A DNA stretch of 32,327 nucleotides from Candidatus Subterrananammoxibius californiae (lineage in GTDB: Bacteria; Planctomycetota; Brocadiia; Brocadiales; Subterrananammoxibiaceae), in NCBI GenBank assembly GCA_030586555.1, contig JAURAC010000012.1, positions 1 through 32,327 on the forward strand. The letters are read 5' to 3'. A program made the position numbers and the translations under genes. How positions within the stretch are numbered: position 1 is the first letter of the stretch; each line of letters opens with the position of its first letter. This document shows positions 26,158 through 32,327 of this stretch, piece after piece. The notes beneath the pieces are model-generated. The model was not told the origin of the DNA. It did not search any database and saw nothing but the letters and a program-made list of their open reading frames with translations.

Positions 26158-27066
26158 ATGGTAGAAGGAGCTGTAGCAACACAAAAGATTGACATAAATG
26201 AGTTGAAATCTGGCGGGTTCATTAAACAAACACAAAAAGACCTCTTTACCGTTCGTCTGAGGTTGCCTGGCGGCAGGCTGCTTATTGACAGGATGGCGAA
26301 GATTGCAAAGATTGCGAAGAAATACAGCAGGGCGGGCTACTGCCACCTTAGCTTCAGGCAATCGGTTGAGATTATAGGGGTGCACTATGAGGATTTTGAT
26401 GCACTGGTTAAGGAGCTTGCAGAGATTGGTCAGCCCATTGCCTCTTGCGGTCCAAGGATAAGGGTGCCTACCGCCTGCGGTGGGTGCGAGTATAACCCTA
26501 ATGGCATTATGGACACACAGGCAAAGGCTATAGAAGTAGATAAAAAGTATTTTGGCACAAGATGCCACCATAAGTTTAAGACATCATTTTCTGGCTGTCC
26601 GATAGATTGTGCAAGAACCCGCGAAATGGACCTGGGCTTCCAGGGTGTGGTTGAGCCCGTATGGGATGAGTCATTATGCACCGGCTGCACCCTGTGCGCA
26701 AAGGCGTGCCTTGAAGGGGCTATCGTATCGGATGCGGAGGGTAAACCTATATTCTATCCTGAAAAATGCATCTATTGCGGAGACTGCATTAAAGCTTGCC
26801 CTACAGATTCGTGGAGGGCAAGACGAAAGGGATGGACGGTTCGTGTCGGTGGCAAGCATGGAAGGCATCCGAGGGAGGCAAATGAAGTCATGACATTTTT
26901 GCCTGACGAAGAGGTCTGTGAATTCATTGAGAAGACGGTAGAATGGTACAATAAAAATGGCAAACCGAGAGAGCGGATAGGAAGTACCATTGACCGTGTA
27001 GGCATTGAGAAGTTTAAGAAGGATGTGGCTTACCTTTTTGATTGTAGTGAAAAAATTGTAAAATGA
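26158..27066 (+). CDS. Small sulfite/nitrite-reductase-like (AsrC-like) protein with inserted 2[4Fe-4S] ferredoxin domain
   Basis: FTVRLRLPGG, SFRQSVEI, GPRIR.PTACGGC, HKFKTSFSGCPIDC, CTGCTLCAKAC, CIYCGDCIKACP, VGGKHG, PRERIG; GAGGAG SD before ATG 26158. Confidence 0.8.
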   Translation: MVEGAVATQKIDINELKSGGFIKQTQKDLFTVRLRLPGGRLLIDRMAKIAKIAKKYSRAGYCHLSFRQSVEIIGVHYEDFDALVKELAEIGQPIASCGPRIRVPTACGGCEYNPNGIMDTQAKAIEVDKKYFGTRCHHKFKTSFSGCPIDCARTREMDLGFQGVVEPVWDESLCTGCTLCAKACLEGAIVSDAEGKPIFYPEKCIYCGDCIKACPTDSWRARRKGWTVRVGGKHGRHPREANEVMTFLPDEEVCEFIEKTVEWYNKNGKPRERIGSTIDRVGIEKFKKDVAYLFDCSEKIVK

Positions 27067-27127
27067 AAAATTTAAATCTGAAATTTCCAATTTCCATTTT
27101 GAAAAAGGGGAGGAAGGGTAATTACGC

Positions 27128-28096
27128 GTGAGTGAGGTAATAACGGGTACTAAAAGGAAGGAGACTTCTGTATCGCGTGCCCCTGTGTTTAAGAAATCAA
27201 TCCTTGAGAGTGTGGGCAATACGCCACTGGTAAAGCTTAATAAGATTACCCATGGTTTGCGCAACGTGCAAATCTATGCAAAGCTTGAATGGTTCAATCC
27301 TGGCGGTTCGGTTAAAGACCGTCCTGCACTCAGGATAATTGAGGATGCCGAGAAAACAGGAAGGTTAACAAAGGACAAGACAATTATTGATTCCACCTCA
27401 GGCAACACGGGTGTTGCATACGCCCTTATAGGCGCTGCAAAGGGCTACAAAGTCACCCTGGTTATGCCTTCCAACGTAAGCGAAGAGCGAAAAACAATCG
27501 TTCGTTCGTTTGGCGCAAATATAATCTTTACAAACCCTTTGCAGGGCTCTGATGGCGCTATCATAGAAGTAAGACGTATTGTTAAGGAAAATCCTGAACG
27601 TTATTTCTATGCAGACCAATACAACAATCCCTCTAATTGGCAGGCGCATTACGACACAACCGGTGTCGAAATCTGGGAGCAAACAGGGGAGAAAATAACC
27701 CACTTTATAGCAGGCCTCGGTACAACCGGCACCCTCATGGGCACCGGACGACGACTTAAAGAATATAACTCTGACATCCAGGTAATCTCTGTAGAGCCTT
27801 CTGGTCCTATTCACGGTCTTGAAGGACTTAAGCATATAGAAACAGCCATTGTGCCTGGTATCTATGATAAGAATTTCCCTGATGAAAAACTCTATATAGA
27901 GACAGAGGATGCATACGAAATGGTAAGAAGGCTTGCTTCTGAAGAGGGCTTGCGTGTGGGATACTCATCAGGGGCTGCAATGAAGGTAGCGCTTGACGTT
28001 GCAAAGAAAACAAATAAGGGTTTAATCGTTACTATTTTCCCTGATAGTGCCGATAGATATTTAAGCACGAGTTACCTGTTAGAAAAAGGTTCGTAA
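27128..28096 (+). CDS. cysM: PLP-dependent cysteine synthase, CysM-like
   Basis: KLEWFNPGGSVKDR, STSGNTG, QYNN, GLGTTGT, HGLEGLK, SSGAA, DRYLS. Confidence 0.85.
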   Translation: MSEVITGTKRKETSVSRAPVFKKSILESVGNTPLVKLNKITHGLRNVQIYAKLEWFNPGGSVKDRPALRIIEDAEKTGRLTKDKTIIDSTSGNTGVAYALIGAAKGYKVTLVMPSNVSEERKTIVRSFGANIIFTNPLQGSDGAIIEVRRIVKENPERYFYADQYNNPSNWQAHYDTTGVEIWEQTGEKITHFIAGLGTTGTLMGTGRRLKEYNSDIQVISVEPSGPIHGLEGLKHIETAIVPGIYDKNFPDEKLYIETEDAYEMVRRLASEEGLRVGYSSGAAMKVALDVAKKTNKGLIVTIFPDSADRYLSTSYLLEKGS

Positions 28097-28097
28097 A

Positions 28098-28146
28098 CCA
28101 CCACCACCCTACCCTCCCCCTTTAAGGGGGAGGAATAAGGTGGGGG
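28098..28146. repeat. C-rich/G-rich hairpin element
   Basis: CCACCACCACCCTACCCTCCCCCTTTAAGGGGGAGGAATAAGGTGGGGG. Confidence 0.8.
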
Positions 28147-28162
28147 ACAAAGGAATAACAAA

Positions 28163-28609
28163 TTGATTTCTATAAGCCAGGATAAAGTTGACGAAATCCA
28201 AAGACATGCAGAATCCTCTTATCCTTACGAATGCTGTGGGCTGCTTATAGGAAAAGTTCGCTACAGCGAATCTGCCTCAGGCACGACAGGTTCAAAAAGA
28301 GAAGTACTCAAGATTTGCCCTATCAGAAATAGAAATGTCGAACGCGCCGTAGACCGTTACGAGATGGATCCCAACGAGTTTAACCAGGCAGATAAGGATG
28401 CAAGAAAGAGCGGCTACGATATTATTGGCATTTACCATTCCCATCCTGACCATCCGCCGCGCCCTTCTAACTTTGATGCAGAGCGGGCATGGGCGGGATA
28501 TTCGTACTTTATTATCGCAGTAAAAAATGGGAAAAAAGAAACGTTAATATCCTGGGTCTTTGACGAAGCCAAAAAAGGATTTGACGAGGAAGAAATTAAG
28601 ATTGGGTGA
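28163..28609 (+). CDS. Mov34/JAMM (M67, Mec-like) metallopeptidase
   Basis: YPYECCGLLIG, IYHSHPDHPPRPS.FD JAMM motif; TTG start with AAGGA SD. Confidence 0.9.
   Translation: MISISQDKVDEIQRHAESSYPYECCGLLIGKVRYSESASGTTGSKREVLKICPIRNRNVERAVDRYEMDPNEFNQADKDARKSGYDIIGIYHSHPDHPPRPSNFDAERAWAGYSYFIIAVKNGKKETLISWVFDEAKKGFDEEEIKIG
28256..28287. repeat. Double mini-hairpin, in-frame in the JAMM gene
   Basis: GTTCGCTACAGCGAA-TCTGCCTCAGGCACGAC, read as VRYSESASGTT. Confidence 0.55.
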
Positions 28610-28621
28610 GGTCTTCTTTTT

Positions 28622-28658
28622 ATCATTGCGAGTCCGCCTAAGGCAGACGAAGCAATCT
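28622..28658. repeat. TCATTGCGAG...CGAAGCAATCT element carrying a nested TCCGCCTAAGGCAGA palindrome
   Basis: Compare with the uninterrupted copy at 10071-10098. Confidence 0.75.
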
Positions 28659-28668
28659 TATTAATAAT

Positions 28669-28905
28669 ATGAGTGAAAATAAGGCAGATGAAAAATTAGA
28701 TTTAACCGGGGTGATTTGTCCCATTAATTTCGTCAAGACCAAACTGAAATTAGAAGATATGGAAACGGGACAAATCCTCGAGCTGATTCTTGACGATGGA
28801 GAACCTATGAGGAATGTGCCTCGAAGTATAAAGGAAGATGGACATAAAATAGTCAAGGTCGAAAACCTTGGGAAGACTTACAGGTTGCTTATTGAAAAGG
28901 GATAA
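28669..28905 (+). CDS. TusA/SirA-family sulfur carrier
   Basis: LDLTGVICPINFVKTKLKLE, LDDGEP..NVPRS...DGH. Confidence 0.9.
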   Translation: MSENKADEKLDLTGVICPINFVKTKLKLEDMETGQILELILDDGEPMRNVPRSIKEDGHKIVKVENLGKTYRLLIEKG

Positions 28906-28948
28906 GGGTTCGACAATCTCGTCCTGAGTCTATCGAAGGATAATAAGC

Positions 28949-28977
28949 TTGACTTGGTTAAATGTAAATAGTATAAG
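28949..28977 (+). promoter_or_regulatory. Putative promoter of the tRNA pair
   Basis: TTGACT-17 bp-TATAAG about 60 nt upstream of tRNA-Cys. Confidence 0.55.
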
Positions 28978-28987
28978 AAGGTACTAT

Positions 28988-29016
28988 GTATGGGCAGGTC
29001 TTGTACCTGCCCTATC
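28988..29016 (+). repeat. Degenerate REP in the tRNA leader
   Basis: GTATGGGCAGGTCTTGTACCTGCCCTATC, homologous to 1015-1043. Confidence 0.75.
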
Positions 29017-29036
29017 CTTTTAAATCGAAAGAAAAC

Positions 29037-29112
29037 GGCGGCGTAGCCAAGTGGACTAAGGCTACGGTTTGCAAAACCGTCATCCCCGGTTCGAATCCGG
29101 GCGCCGCCTCCA
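29037..29112 (+). tRNA. tRNA-Cys(GCA)
   Basis: Acceptor GGCGGCG/CGCCGCC, discriminator U, encoded CCA; anticodon arm ACGGT-TTGCAAA-ACCGT; GGTTCGAATCC. Confidence 0.96.
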
Positions 29113-29118
29113 GAATTA

Positions 29119-29176
29119 AGCAATGAGTGCCGAGCAATGAGAGGTGTAGATACTCACTTACTCATTGCTCGTTGCT
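29119..29176. repeat. Heptamer fold-back array forming the tRNA spacer
   Basis: agcaatg agtgccg agcaatg ... ttactca ttgctcg ttgct; same GAGCAAT family as 9987-10032. Confidence 0.7.
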
Positions 29177-29186
29177 TTAAGAGGTG

Positions 29187-29271
29187 GGGCGAGTGGTGGA
29201 ATGGCAGACACGAGGGACTTAAAATCCCTTGGGCGTAAAAGCCCATGTGGGTTCGACTCCCACCTCGCCCA
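29187..29271 (+). tRNA. tRNA-Leu(TAA), CCA not encoded
   Basis: GGGCGAG/CTCGCCC-A; anticodon arm AGGGA-CTTAAAA-TCCCT; long variable arm GGGCGTAAAAGCCC; GGTTCGACTCC. Confidence 0.95.
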
Positions 29272-29308
29272 TTAGAGTCAAGGACCCAGAGTATAAGACT
29301 TGTGACTC

Positions 29309-30568
29309 TTACCACCGCCGAACTACCTGGAAATGGGTTGACGCTCTTCCAATTAGATTATTTTTAGTATCAACAATGAATACATTTGCCACAAGATTAT
29401 GGTTTCCTGTGGGTAAATGGAGTTCGTGATAGGGGATGAAGACCTTGAAATCGGGAAATGTAGTATCAGGATAGTTTGCTCGGAATGGCGCTGATGAGAG
29501 CACATATCCACGTTTCGCCTGGTATCTACCATCGTTGGAAACCAACCATTGTCCATTGGGGAGCGAGAAATAGACATTTACAAACCCATCCTTGCCCGCA
29601 AAGTTTGAAATGGTAAATTTGGTGTGGACGTTAATTCCCGAAGTCCCTGCCATCATAACATCATGCTCAACCCAGATGGCTTCGAATCGTATAGTAGGGG
29701 CGTATTGCAATACGCCCCTACGAGTTTGTGAAGGCGAACCTCTCGGAAGAAGCTGTTCGCCTCTAAAGGTGAGGGCTCGTCCCTTTCCCTCCGTTTTAAC
29801 CTTTGCGGCTTGATAATATCCGATGGCTTCTGGAAGCTTTTCCCTGAGTTTTTCAATACGGTTTGGGTTAGATGGGTGGGTAGAGAGAAACTCAACCGGC
29901 TTTGGACCAACCTGGCTAATCTTTTTAACGAATTCTATCGCCTCGTGTGGGTCATAGCCTGCCTTTGACATATACACAAGCCCCTCTGCATCAGCCTCGT
30001 ACTCCATCTCTCTACTATAAGGGAGGACGCCGAAAACAGTAGAACCTATACCCCAGATATTCCTCAACATCTCACGTTGTACCGCACCCTTTCCCTTTAA
30101 TAGGAATATGTCCAGGGCTTGTCCCATTAGATTCAATTCCACAGCCCTTGTCATCTGCTGTGCTCCGTGGCGAAGGATAGCATGGGCAATTTCATGAGAC
30201 ATTACGGTAGCCAATCTTGCCTCATATTCTGCAATTTTAATCATGCCTGTGAACACTATTACCTTGCCCCCTGGCAGGGTAAATGCGTTTACCTTATCAT
30301 CAACAATCACATTGAACTCGTATGGCAGGTCTGGTCTTGGTGTGACAGCGGCGATTCGCTCTCCGATTTGCCGCACCATTTCGTTTAGTTGCTCGTCGGC
30401 GCTCAGGGATGATTGGGCTAAAAGTTTCCTGTATTCCTCTTCCCCTATCTGCCTCTCCTGCTGCTCGGTAGTTAAGAAAAACTGATTGGTGGAACAGGAT
30501 ATTCCAGTGGTGAGTAAAGAAATAGAAAAAAGACTGCTGAAAAAGATGCTTATAACATATCGGCGCAT
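29309..30568 (-). CDS. M48 family metallopeptidase lipoprotein with an extra C-terminal beta-sandwich-like domain
   Basis: Lipobox-like GISC, VNAFTLPGG, HEIAH, YSREMEYEAD, FLSTHP; ~125-aa beta-rich C-terminal domain. Confidence 0.9.
   Translation of the reverse strand: MRRYVISIFFSSLFSISLLTTGISCSTNQFFLTTEQQERQIGEEEYRKLLAQSSLSADEQLNEMVRQIGERIAAVTPRPDLPYEFNVIVDDKVNAFTLPGGKVIVFTGMIKIAEYEARLATVMSHEIAHAILRHGAQQMTRAVELNLMGQALDIFLLKGKGAVQREMLRNIWGIGSTVFGVLPYSREMEYEADAEGLVYMSKAGYDPHEAIEFVKKISQVGPKPVEFLSTHPSNPNRIEKLREKLPEAIGYYQAAKVKTEGKGRALTFRGEQLLPRGSPSQTRRGVLQYAPTIRFEAIWVEHDVMMAGTSGINVHTKFTISNFAGKDGFVNVYFSLPNGQWLVSNDGRYQAKRGYVLSSAPFRANYPDTTFPDFKVFIPYHELHLPTGNHNLVANVFIVDTKNNLIGRASTHFQVVRRW
29694..29721. 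repeat. Perfect 28-bp GTAG REP, in-frame in the M48 linker
   Basis: GTAGGGGCGTATTGCAATACGCCCCTAC, identical to 32011-32038. Confidence 0.9.
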
Positions 30569-30688
30569 ATCAGTAAACTATCCTATTCAATTAGCAACCG
30601 TTAATTGTAACTAAAGTCTGAGACTATTCAATATTTTTGATTATAATTATACAGATGTCAAGAAGAAAGAGGGGATGCCCAAATGCCC

Positions 30689-30717
30689 TTGACAATTTGA
30701 GGCACATAGGATAAAAT
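30689..30717 (+). promoter_or_regulatory. Putative promoter of the ACT gene
   Basis: TTGACA-17 bp-TAAAAT; AGGAGGT SD downstream. Confidence 0.65.
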
Positions 30718-30749
30718 TTTATTACAGAACAACCTTTAGGAGGTGCAAT

Positions 30750-31148
30750 ATGGCAAAGGCAACAAAGTCAAGACAAATCAGCTTCTTCATACCTGACAGG
30801 GCTGGGTTGCTTTCGGAGGTGACGGCAGCAATCGAAAGCGTAAAGGTCAATATAACCGCCGTATGTGCCTATGCAATGGATAATACCGCACATTTTATGC
30901 TGACCACCGACAACAACGCAAAGGCTAAAAAGGCACTCGCTCCGTTAAGGGCTAAGATCAAAGAAGACGATGTGGTTACAGTGGAGATGCCGAACAAGGT
31001 TGGTGAATTGCATAAAGTCGCAAAAAAGATTGCTGACGCAGGTATTTATATCAGTTATATGTACGGGACTACGGCAACGGGTAAATCGTCTACCTGCATC
31101 TTCAAAACATCGGACGATAAAAAGGCGATTAGGGTAATTAATAAATAA
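30750..31148 (+). CDS. Tandem ACT-domain protein
   Basis: PDRAGLL.EV...VNI and PNKVGEL...IADAGI.I.YMY. Confidence 0.88.
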   Translation: MAKATKSRQISFFIPDRAGLLSEVTAAIESVKVNITAVCAYAMDNTAHFMLTTDNNAKAKKALAPLRAKIKEDDVVTVEMPNKVGELHKVAKKIADAGIYISYMYGTTATGKSSTCIFKTSDDKKAIRVINK

Positions 31149-31187
31149 TAAAGTCCCAAAAATAGATATTGACTTACTCAAACCTTC

Positions 31188-31204
31188 GTCCGCCTAAGGC
31201 GGAT
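31188..31204. repeat. GTCCGCCTAAGGCGGAT mini-palindrome
   Basis: Intact family member. Confidence 0.65.
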
Positions 31205-31351
31205 TACATTTTCAGGGGTTTTGGCTTCAACTCTTCAACCTTCCTTAATATATTCAGAGCTCTTACCTATTACAGCAACAACTCGTAAGTTCGCCGTCAC
31301 GTTTCAAGGTATATCTTTTGTGATGTTAACATCGTATTTAGATTTTTCCCC

Positions 31352-31390
31352 TTGACACGTGCTTCCATATAGGGTATAATTGTACCCTAT
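31352..31390 (+). promoter_or_regulatory. Consensus sigma70 promoter of lexA with an overlapping 22-bp palindrome (putative LexA operator)
   Basis: TTGACA-17 bp-TATAAT; ATAGGGTATAATTGTACCCTAT (31369-31390, 10 of 11 pairs). Confidence 0.8.
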
Positions 31391-32000
31391 GAGAGGGAAA
31401 TTAACAGATGGTCAGAGGAAATTCTTTTCCTTTCTCCTCAAGTATTATCAGGATAAGGGTTATCCTCCTACTGTAAGGGAGATAAAGGAAGGGCTTGGGA
31501 TAGTTAGCAGTATGGGGGTGCAGCGCTATTTTGCCTCCCTGGAGCAAAAGGGTTACATAAAGAGGACAGGCAGGGCAAGGGCCATTGAGTTCTGCCAATC
31601 CCTAAAGGGGGGGCAGTCAGTAGCCCTTCCAGTAGTGGGGCATATCAAGGCTGGTGCACCTCACCCGGCTATAGAGGACGTTCAGGGCTATGTTGCGGTG
31701 GATGGGGCTTTTACTTCAGGAGAGGGTAACTTCCTTCTGAAGGTCGAGGGAGACAGTATGATTGATGCTCACATAAAGGATGGGGACTATGTGGTGGTAA
31801 AGCCCCAGCCCATTGCCGAAAATGGGGATATAGTGGCGGCACTCGTTGACAACGAAGCCACAGTAAAGAGGTTTTACAGGAAGGGGAAACAAATAAGGTT
31901 AGAGCCTGCAAATCCCGCCTATAAGAGCATTGTGATTAAGCCGGGCTTATCTAACGTCTCTATAGTGGGTAAGGTAGTAGCGATTCTCAGGAGTATATAA
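31389..32000 (+). CDS. lexA: LexA repressor (probably leaderless)
   Basis: LTDGQ, GYPPTVREI, LEQKGYI..., Ala-Gly site (GHIKAG), catalytic Ser GDSM and Lys ATVKR. Confidence 0.93.
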   Translation: MRGKLTDGQRKFFSFLLKYYQDKGYPPTVREIKEGLGIVSSMGVQRYFASLEQKGYIKRTGRARAIEFCQSLKGGQSVALPVVGHIKAGAPHPAIEDVQGYVAVDGAFTSGEGNFLLKVEGDSMIDAHIKDGDYVVVKPQPIAENGDIVAALVDNEATVKRFYRKGKQIRLEPANPAYKSIVIKPGLSNVSIVGKVVAILRSI

Positions 32001-32010
32001 ATGTTTTCAC

Positions 32011-32038
32011 GTAGGGGCGTATTGCAATACGCCCCTAC
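32011..32038. repeat. Perfect 28-bp GTAG REP
   Basis: Identical to 29694-29721. Confidence 0.9.
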
Positions 32039-32049
32039 CGAGGCAAAAC

Positions 32050-32301
32050 ATGATTACACAGATTAACGAGCCTGTTAAGGTTGGCGTCATTTTTGGAAAC
32101 GGCAGAAAGATTAAGCCTGTATGGTTCGAGTGGAACGGCAGGCAACACCGCATCCAATCCGTTACTTATGTGTGGAATAGCAAAAAAGGGAAAGCGGTCA
32201 TATATCATTTTTCAGTAACCGAGGGGGAAAACCTTTATGAGCTCAGATATAACACCGAGACATCTGAGTGGGAACTTGCTCAGGTAGAGACGGAAGGGTA
32301 G
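32050..32301 (+). CDS. Small beta-rich protein in the lexA operon (DUF6504-like)
   Basis: GAGG SD; P.WFEWNGR..RI..V.YVW...HFSV....LYEL.Y.....WEL pattern. Confidence 0.7.
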   Translation: MITQINEPVKVGVIFGNGRKIKPVWFEWNGRQHRIQSVTYVWNSKKGKAVIYHFSVTEGENLYELRYNTETSEWELAQVETEG

Positions 32302-32304
32302 CCA

Positions 32305-32327
32305 GTGACTGGCAGGATGATAATGCA
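32305..32327 (+). CDS. Possible N-terminus of a Y-family DNA polymerase (DinB-like), truncated by window end
   Basis: GTG-ACT-GGC-AGG-ATG-ATA-ATG-CA = MTGRMIM(H/Q), matching the R-x-I-x-H-x-D start of DinB; only 7.7 codons are visible. Confidence 0.4.

Noticed and set aside
26158..28905. Selenocysteine read-through at TGA stops in the sulfur operon
   Set aside because: The TGA codons fall at natural protein ends, and read-through gives only repeat-derived sequence.
29187..29309. Integrative element at tRNA-Leu
   Set aside because: No integrase and no duplicated tRNA 3' end in the window.
28878..29429. ORFs 28878-29123 (-) and 29229-29429 (+)
   Set aside because: They overlap tRNA genes or are antisense to the M48 gene.
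54..31911. Numerous antisense and alternate-frame ORFs in the track
   Set aside because: Fully overlapped by well-supported genes and lacking motifs.
29694..32038. Composite mobile element bounded by two identical 28-bp REPs
   Set aside because: One copy lies mid-gene, there is no transposase or target duplication, and the enclosed genes look chromosomal.

Overview
A ~32 kb stretch of bacterial core chromosome, most likely from Planctomycetota, possibly the Ca. Brocadiia/anammox-related lineage. That placement is inferred from the Planctomycete-style long RpoD and the Ahb-like radical SAM enzyme. In order, the window holds: an AhbD/NirJ-like radical SAM gene; a fused NfnAB transhydrogenase; an FHA-trypsin/PilZ pair; a metal (Zn/Mn-type) uptake operon led by a DUF2946-like CxxC...RAPP leader; ubiX-sppA-purF-gltX-cysS; dnaG-rpoD-Zn-ribbon-rnpB; mobA; a sulfur-relay operon (sulfite-reductase-like, cysM, Mov34, TusA); tRNA-Cys and tRNA-Leu; an M48 lipoprotein; an ACT protein; and a lexA cassette running off the end. 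No transposase, prophage or CRISPR array is seen. Three observations stand out. (1) The RAPP codons of the leader are the exact complement of the Shine-Dalgarno of the next gene, suggesting a ribosome-stalling metal switch. (2) A leaderless lexA has a 22-bp palindrome over its -10 box, followed by a small unknown gene and a probable Y-family polymerase start. (3) Several families of tiny palindromic elements and heptamer fold-back arrays nest inside one another and sit in-frame in many genes, including gltX, dnaG, RNase P RNA and a signal peptide.
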